Part shown: in pieces, positions 56,891 to 64,000 of the stretch
How positions within the stretch are numbered: the stretch's first letter is position 1
Layout: every line of letters starts with the position of its first letter
Assembly: GCF_902459465.1 (NCBI RefSeq)
Contig: NC_047069.1
Span: forward strand, 4,650,001-4,714,000
Direction: 5' to 3'
DNA: 64,000 nt
From: Asterias rubens
Lineage: Eukaryota
Notes under the pieces: model-generated
Databases searched by the model: none
The model's input: the letters and a program-made list of their open reading frames with translations, nothing else
Told to the model about the DNA's origin: nothing
Made by a program: the position numbers and the translations under genes

Positions 56891-59466
56891 ACGCTTACTC
56901 AATTGTAGTTATTGTGATATTGTATTATTTTGTTTAATATAATATTCTCAACATTCATTACAGTCAAACGAGCAGAGAGAAGACAATAAAGAACATTTAC
57001 TTTAGTTTTTTTGTATAGATGTGGGCGACATGAGCGAGGAAAACCCGAGAGAATTATTCCAGGCCAGGGGGAAAACCCACGATTTCATTGTTATTGTTTA
57101 TTATTTATGATGAGCATTCGCACTGACGGTGACACTCCCACAGCATTATGCAGTAAATCCAGTCATTTTCCTAGTTCTTGTCTGGACTTGGATGACTTTC
57201 CTACCCCTTTACTGGGTGTCTCAATAATGAGATATCCCTTTATATGAAAAATAGTGAAAAAGTGGTGGCAGGATACGGAAAGATATCCAATAAAAACAAC
57301 AATCCATAATTGGTATTATTTATTGATGTTCGTTCCTTTAATTCTACGCTGCAATAATCGTTCTGAATCTTCGTTCTGAATCTCACGGGTTCTTCATTGC
57401 AGTCAGGAGGATTGAGGGTTAATAATCACAACTTACTACCACCCATCTACCAGTGCCACCATCACTGAAGAAAAAGTTTAGTTGTAAGTAACTGTGTAGG
57501 TTGGTGGTAAGTGCTGAGTTGATTGAAAGACCATCCGCCAAAAGCTGGTGCCGAGTCTACAAGGTTACACTCGGGTTTCCACAGCTGACTTTGTGGGTGC
57601 CAAGTTTCTTGGTGCCAAAGTGATTGGCTCCCATTGCATTACACATTTTTAGTTGTAGTTTTAATAACCTATCGATCCTTTGTTTTCTCTCAAAGTCTTG
57701 AGGCAATTTGTAGGTCGGAGGACAGAGAAGACGCAAAGCTACAAGAAGCCCAGGCTAAGACAATGCATGACCTCAACAAGAACCCTGAACCAAGAGGTCG
57801 GCCTCCTAGGATTCTTTACATCCCATTCTCTGTAGCAATCATCTTCACGTTGAGCACCATGGCAGCGGGATTTCTGCTTTGTGTTACCTCGGCCCTGATC
57901 TTCAATAAGAAGAAGAGTGTCGAGACTCATTGTGGAGTACATGTAAGCTGTTTATTGTCACTTTATTTTGTGCTGAGGTCTGGAGGCTGTTTTCTAACTG
58001 GTTATTTTACAGTAGAATAATTGAAACTAAGAAAATATTAATGATGACTTCTATAGCGCTGGCATCCACAAAAGTGGTGCCAGCTTCAATAATAAAGGTC
58101 ATAGCAAAAAACAGGTCAGAAGATGGCCTGCTCAGGGCTTGAGTTTAGGTGAAATTCTACAAGACCGTAGAGCTTGTACCTCAGACAGATTTACTGAATC
58201 AAAGGAGCAGAATCTGGGAAATATTTATCCACACAGTTTTTCATTCATGTATTCAATTGCCTTTTTTTATTTGGACAAGTATGAGGTTCAGCCAGATTCA
58301 GATTATCAAACAGCATGCCACATTGTTGACTGATTGGACCAAGTAAAAAAATGTAACAAATGTGTTTAACTACAACCGTCAGCGTGACAGACGAAATCTC
58401 AAAAACTGAATCTACTTTAAATGCTAGTCTTGACAAAGAGCTTCCATTAAAAAATTTCAAATATATTTTCTTTTACTTAAACACCATCATTCAGCGTAGC
58501 CTGATCGTGTCTGTGGCCACCTCCTCTTCAGATTGTAATGGGGAGAGGTATTCCTGGGGTCACTGCCATCATCTGTTCTCTTTTCAGTCACTGCGGCGCT
58601 ATTCTGAGCTCTTGCACACTTCTTTTACTCCACTTTAAACTATATTTTATTTCCAAACAACATTACCAATGTTTTAAACTTAATCTTGTTGTATCCAAGG
58701 TGCCCAACTTTCTTCCTTCAATCAGTGCAGCCATAGCTCTTCCTCCATCCTCGTACATCTGGAAGCTGTCAATCATCTTAACATCAGTCCAGAGATTGGT
58801 TGCCGTCAAGTTTCACCATATGCAGTTTAGTTCCATTAGGACAAGGTGTGTAATGAGGGACTGGAATTTCACCATCAAGAGGCCAAGGCCTTTTTAATTT
58901 TTTTAAATGGCCTTCCGTTAGAATCCTTGCAAACAGCGCCCTTACTGAGGCAAAAGGAGGCAGATCATTGGACTTAAGCTGTGAATATTACAGTCCTGAG
59001 TGACACAATTGGTTTACCGAACATGTAGTCCTGGCTATTTTTGTAGTAGTCATGGCCTGGCAGCTCGATTAACTGAGTAATTGAAAAACGGTAGTCGCGA
59101 CTCGATTAAGCAATCAGTCGTGACTACGGCACTAGTCACTTAGCACTAATGCAAACTGTTTTCTTTGCTAAATTCTTCCAGACCCCGGGAATGATATTTA
59201 GGAAATGTCTGGACAAGGTTGAAAAGAAAAAACTGCTCTTATAAATATTAGCTCAATTTCTTTAGGCTAAAGGAATGAAAACTTACAGTAAATTGGCATA
59301 CATTTGATTGGTTAACGACTCACAACTCAGTTAGGAAGCTTTACAGTTGATCCTGTATACTGTGAGAAGTTTGACTTTGGAGTCATCACTTCAATTTGGT
59401 TTAATGCATGTTTGTGTTAAAATTGCATAAATTTTGAGCTGTTTCTTACCAAGAAAGTGTGCAGAC

Positions 59467-60114
59467 TTAAAGGTACACGTTGCCTTGGATCGGACGAGTT
59501 GGTCTATTTAAAGCGTTTGAAACCGTTTGTTATGAAATGCATCTGGTTACCCAGGTCAAAATTCCAGTTGAACCTAGTTAAACTGGGTTTAACTGGAACT
59601 AGTTGAAAACCAGTTGATAAACTAGTTAAACACATTTAAAACCAGTTGGTTTAATATGGAAAATGGACAGAAACTAACTGGTTTATAATTTCAACCTAGT
59701 TGAACACAGTTAAACCTAGTCCAAACCAGTTGGTTAATATGGAAAATGGACGAGTTTGGTCACTATCCAGTTGAACCACTTGACCCAAGTTAACTAGGTT
59801 CAACTGCAATTTTGACCTGGGTAGAAAGTTGTTTTAAAAGTAGAATATAATGATCCACACAAGTATCACTCAAAATTGCACGGTTTTCCTTTTACATCAC
59901 GGTCGGCCATTTATGGGAGTCAAAATTTTGACTCCCATAAATGGCCGACCGTGTTAGTCGACAAGGTAAAAAGAAAACCACGCAATTTCAAGGCATATTT
60001 GTGTAGATGATTGTACTCTACTTTTACAATATCTTTCTAACCATATGCATTTTATAACAAACGGTTACAAACGCTTTGTATAGACCAACTCGACCGATCC
60101 AAAGCTTCCTTTAA
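59467..60114. mobile_element. Second TTAA-flanked palindromic MITE family with a nested insertion
   Basis: ttaaagg...cctttaa ends; long imperfect arms; perfect central palindrome acggtcggccatttatgggagtcaaaattttgactcccataaatggccgaccgt near 59899-59952. Confidence 0.75.
59550..59821. mobile_element. TA-flanked MITE (Tc1/mariner-like) nested in 59467-60114
   Basis: ~30-bp TIR cccaggtcaaaattccagttgaacctagttaa / ttaactaggttcaactgcaattttgacctggg; TA on both sides; internal ccagtt/ctagtt repeats. Confidence 0.8.
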
Positions 60115-61164
60115 ATTTAACCCTCTAAATCAGAAAATTGTTGTGACAAATTTAAAGTGCTGTTTGTTTGTCTTTTATCTGATTTTTAACCCTCCTACGT
60201 TAGTTGACCAACTATTTGAAACCATCCTTTTGAAATTGCATGGGTTGTGTATTGTGGCAATGCTTGTGACAGAACGAACTGTGTGCATGTATGTGTATTG
60301 AACATGTTATAGTTGCATCAGGAATAGAGAATGTCATTTTTTCATTTATTCTGGCCTCTTCCTTCTAGGTATGCTGGGTAGTTTGGTTGTAAAGATGTCC
60401 TCTGTAGAATTGGTTTGGTGTATGGGTTCACATCCCACCCAAGATGCCATTGTTTTTGTTTGGTCTTGAATGCTTATCGCTTGTCAAGTTGAACCAACAT
60501 ACCATTCTTCATTGTGTTTTCCTTTCATAATCATCATCCTGTTGTTGCTTGTGCTGTTGAATGCGTAGTAAAATTAATTTGGCGTTTAACAAAGAAAAAT
60601 TTACTCAAGCAGGATCTGACCCCGTGACCTGAACCTGTGACCTCAGAATTACCTGCGCTCTACCAACTGAGCTATCTAGTCCTAATGCTGGCAGTCTCCC
60701 ATAGTTTTTTCTTCCCAATATTTTTGTTCAGAGTGCCAGTCAGAATGAATAAATCAATCATTTCAATTTATCTCTAATACAACTATAACATCAAGTAAAT
60801 TGTTGGAATCTTTTATGTTCACTCAATGAAAACAAGAAAAGAAATTGTTCCTGTTCTAATAGGAAAAAATTGAAGTCGTATTTAAAAATACTTTCCTGGT
60901 GAGGCGGAGAAATTAAGATGTGGGTATTTCACTGAAATTTGACAAAACGCCTTCGCTGCTGTACTGAACATTTGCTTTTCATCTTTGCAACTTGACTTTT
61001 CACCCCTGACTCAAAGATCCCACCACATTCATTACCAAGAAGTCCTGCATGCTGCATCCCATTGGCATCCTATAAACAAGTAACCAATCCTAAGTTTAAG
61101 TATGGACTATCTCTCTCCAATAAAACACATCCTTCTCCTTCCTACTTTGTGATTCCGCTTTCAA

Positions 61165-61328
61165 ATTATACAGGATTGGTCAAAATGAAGTTAACCAAGA
61201 TTTATGATTTAAAAACAAACACTCAAAACCCCATCGAAGCACATATTATACAGGATTGGTCAAAATGAAGTTAACCAAGATTTATGATTTAAAAACAAAC
61301 ACTCAAAACCCCATCGAAGCACATATTA
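61165..61328. repeat. Perfect 80-bp tandem duplication
   Basis: attatacaggattgg starts at 61165 and 61245; copies identical. Confidence 0.95.
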
Positions 61329-64000
61329 AGCGTTCTTTCTTGCTTATCTGAAAAGAAAAGAATGAAACAAATTTATAATTTCTTTGCACAGTTTACACGT
61401 TTTACAATTGTGTCAAATAAGGGTCAAAGTAGGGAATCATGTGAAAGTTTTACCGCCGTTCCTTCCTCTTGAAATCTAGAAACATGGCAGTGAGTTGTGC
61501 ATTACTGTGTTTACATCCTATTGCATTAGTTTTCATTAATTGTATGGACAACAATTTCGGTGAGTTGTGCAATGTAATGTGTATCGCTAGATCGTTGATT
61601 TGATAAGTTTATCTATGGTTATACCAACGCAATCGAGTAATGCTGGAAGGCCAGAGGATTTAAAGAATGGAGTCGCACCCGGTTTTAATGTATGAAGATT
61701 TTAATAAATCAGCATTCAATTCTGCAATAAACCAAACAAAATCCAAGTACATGAATGAGTGCACATACCATAACTCAGAATACTGCTAAACAGTCTTAAC
61801 ACGTGTAAACAGAAAGATTATTACAGTCCAAACATCTGAAACAAGTGAAAGTAATTAATGAAACATAATGATTTTTAAACGGAAACATTAACTTACTACT
61901 GTGACCAGATACAACTAGCAGATCAGTAACAGTTCAGCAACAATAGTTCAGTCCAGATAAACAGCATACAGTTCAGTTAATCAAAACGGTAATCCCCCTA
62001 AACGCCGATCAGTAAATCTAAGCAGTATCAGTACAAATTTAAGCAGTTTAGATAACCTTTTACATCAGTAAAGCTATCGAGAAATACAGTTTCTGATGCG
62101 TTTATCGGAAAACGGTCGCCAAGTATTAGCGCCCTCAAGCGACAGTTCGTAATAAACAAAACTCGACGAAACAAATGCCGTTCTCGCTTACACTGAAATG
62201 CACTGAACTGCACACCTTCAAGGAAGCCCTATCTACAAAGCAAATAACGGGTGCGCGCTAGTTATCCCTGTTCTATTTGGTCGTTTTGAAAGCTTTGGTT
62301 AAGGGGGGGGGGCTGGTTAGAAACCTCTATTCATCGGATAATTAAGAAATCAACATTGCGAACTTTTAGCGCACTTTCCCCCCTCAAACACGATTGAACT
62401 CATCTTCACGCTAAGGATGTTTGGCAAACTCGGGCTGAAGCCAATCGTTAGTAATTTGGCCCGCCCTGTCTCAGAAGATTAACTTGCGCCTCTATCTCTC
62501 GCTCAGCGGTTCCCGTTACAGGGGCCCGATTTGGTTGGACGCGGGAATCTAGATAACGCGGGCATGGGATTCTCGAAAAACGGTGACGAACCCGAGATGC
62601 TCCGCCGGGGATTGGGTTCGGCCGCCGATCAATTCGTCCCCATTTGGGGTCGAGCTAGCCGCTGATCGAGCGAACTCTCCAAAACTCCCGAGTTTGACAG
62701 ACAACATGGGGCTAAGGTTACCGTGGATCGATGCGTGACGTGGTTATAGGTATAAAACGAATTTAGGGTTATGACGAGTGAAGTGAAGATTTCTCTCTTT
62801 CCGTTTTGATGGTTTCTGGCCAAGACTCCAGTAGAATGAGGGAACTTCCAGAGTTAATAGAATTTTGCCAATAACTGATGGGCAAGATATGAACCAAAGC
62901 GACCAGCACCCATTAATAAACCACTTTCTTACTTTCTATAATTATTTTAAATGCTTGCACCGGTTCATGACTTCCGAATTACACATCGCTACATTAAACT
63001 TAAATTTATCGTCGTATCTATAACCCGACCTCTTTAAAAAGGTAACATAAAGTACATGAAAATCAAGTGGAAAACAACAAAGAGCAGTTGAACAATAGAT
63101 GATAAACAAAGTTAACAAAGTTCCTGTACAGCCTCAATATATAGGACTTGAATAATTTTAGTAACAATTTGTGACAACAGAAAAGTTAATGTTTTTCAAA
63201 ATGAAGTTCATTATTGGCCAATATATCTTTCAAAGCAATACTCGTTCTGATGGTCGTCTAAGTCAAGACCTTGTTACAAGTTAATAAAGCCCGTAAGCCC
63301 AAAAACTTGCTTAGCACAGACAAGTTTGTTTAGCAGATACATGTTACTAAACCAACATTAATTTTGCGATGGCGTGGCTTGTGCTCGACTCATTTTGTGC
63401 TTAGCAAAGAAACAAGCTGCCATTTTCTGCTTAGCAGCTTTATGAAATCGGGCCCTGATGTGTTCCTGTCATCCGGGAACTTTTCATACCCATTTCCATC
63501 CCCCCCCGCTCTCTCCTCTTATCTTATTTGTGCCTGTTTTACTGAAAGCATTCATGTTTGTAAACTGTCCATGGAATGTTGCAAAGTTATTCCGTGGACA
63601 GCTTGCAAAATGAGTGTCTTTATTAAAATAGATAAACTCTTCTTAGGAATGATAAATATTTCGTTCATTCTTTTTTTCTAATAAGCAAGGAGAGAGTGCT
63701 TGTTAATTAAATGCTTTGAGTGTCATTTGTTAAATTTGAAAAAACATCACCAATATCGGTCAACTTCTTATTGACTTGCCCTGTAGATTAGTTGCTGCTT
63801 TGTTAGCCCTTGGCCACAAACCAAAGCAGATATTATTTTCTTAAGTAAAATAGATAGAAATATCTGTTTCTTTTACTGCATCATTAAATGCATGTGGAAT
63901 AGTTTTGTTGCAAATTTAGCTTAGAAAAACATGTCATATTTATGACTTGTTTGTTGCATATGAACATTGCGTTCTGGGAAAGTGGAAGAAATGTTATTTG

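Noticed and set aside
57437-57464. 28-nt minus-strand micro-exon candidate (cttcag|...|gtaagt)
   Set aside because: Good splice signals but no partner exons or frame support; could be chance
58490-58860. Protein-like minus-strand fragments (MIDSFQMYEDGGRAMAALIEGRK...)
   Set aside because: Interrupted by stops, no recognisable family; cannot be supported without a database search

Overview
Eukaryotic, AT-rich, intron-containing genomic DNA. The intron style and repeat families suggest an invertebrate deuterostome, probably an echinoderm (sea star); this is inference. Four spliced protein-coding genes could be rebuilt by hand with consistent GT-AG phases: (1) the 3' part of a NuMA (NUMA1) orthologue, + strand, <1..10516, whose giant coiled-coil exon is built from 91-aa repeats; (2) a complete FHIP1/FAM160A (FTS-Hook-interacting protein) gene, + strand, 16155..39699, 11 coding exons, 1245 aa; (3) a two-exon METTL7/TMT1-type thiol methyltransferase, - strand, 48509..50077, 287 aa; (4) WDR55, - strand, 51321..56381, 8 exons, 391 aa. 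Introns and intergenic DNA hold many non-autonomous elements (TTAA-flanked Kolobok-like MITEs, CWG-target Harbinger-like MITEs, tRNA-derived SINEs, Penelope-like remnants), often nested. The most unusual structures are: a perfect 251-bp palindrome with an exact 9-bp target-site duplication in the WDR55 promoter; a still-open duplicate of the WDR55 terminal exon carrying an inverted templated insertion; the 13-heptad repeat expansion in NuMA; a Helentron/HINE-like hairpin element; and hammerhead-ribozyme-like cores in Penelope-like repeats. No autonomous transposase, rRNA, true tRNA or CRISPR array was found. Most short ORFs in the supplied track are noise.
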